Shown piece by piece: positions 63,401 through 64,000 of a DNA stretch of 64,000 nucleotides. The notes under the pieces were generated by a model that saw nothing but the letters and a program-made list of their open reading frames with translations, was not told where the DNA came from and did not search any database. The DNA is from Callorhinchus milii (taxonomy: Eukaryota): positions 73,410,001-73,474,000 of the forward strand of contig NW_024704743.1 of assembly GCF_018977255.1 (NCBI RefSeq), in the 5' to 3' direction. The stretch's first letter is position 1. The number at the start of each line of letters is the position of its first letter. The position numbers were made by a program, and so were the translations under genes.

Positions 63401-63589
63401 GTTTCACATATGTCTAGAAATGAGCTTTTGTTCAGTGTGGAATGCACCCAGTATTCACAAAGAGACACGCCCAGCTAACCGAATCCCAGAAAGTTTATGT
63501 GCAGGTTGGTAAGAGCTGGGGACACCAGCATGTGGATTGAATTACTATTGGTGTCTAACCAGCTAAAACCACATAGCTTGGTATTGCAA

Positions 63590-63765
63590 ACAATCCTGGC
63601 CTTGCCCCTCTACTAACAGACATCATCAACCTTTCCCTGTCCATCGGCACCGTTCCCACCCACTTAAAATCTGCCTTCATCACCCCCATCCTCAAGAAAT
63701 CTTCCCTTGAACCATCTCTCTTCTCTAACTACTGTCCCATCCTTCCCTTTCTTTCCAAGGTCCCG
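63590..63765 (+). mobile_element. Internal L2 fragment
   Basis: DIINLSL..G.VP..LKSA.ITPILKKSSL, matching the 44783-45319 ORF region. Confidence 0.8.
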
Positions 63766-64000
63766 GATTAAATCATTGCTGTACTGCCTTTTGAATAACA
63801 TCTAATTATTCCACTTAATTTTACCATTACGTAATAAAATCCATACAGCAGAAATTAAATAAACATTTCTTTTGTGACTATCCTATTTTCTTACTCACTT
63901 TGAATTACAGTATTTACCCCTGTCACATCAGCCACAGTTAATAGTGTATTCAGCAGAGACTCTGTAATGCTGCCTTTGAAAGTTATACAAAAGCATGTGA

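Overview
Vertebrate genomic DNA, AT-rich and dense in repeats, with no prokaryotic features. The mix of CR1 LINEs, L2 LINEs and tRNA-derived SINEs with L2-type tails suggests a cartilaginous fish (inference). The only host coding sequence I can support is one 144-nt phase 0-0 exon at 60319-60462 (+), which the ORF track misses. It encodes [48 protein letters not shown], the zinc-finger exon of the ZNF804A/ZNF804B/GPATCH8 family. The rest of the window is most likely one very large upstream intron plus the start of the next intron. That intron holds a nearly full-length, internally deleted L2, two RT-bearing CR1 copies, many L2, CR1 and SINE fragments, several nested insertions, and a probable decayed PIF/Harbinger transposase. 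It also holds at least three short interspersed repeat families I cannot name and many strong inverted repeats. Most ORF-track entries are retroelement fragments or chance ORFs. I found no convincing new multi-gene system; the best leads are the palindromic and fold-back elements and the SINE/L2 tail architecture. Most repeat boundaries were read by eye and are approximate.
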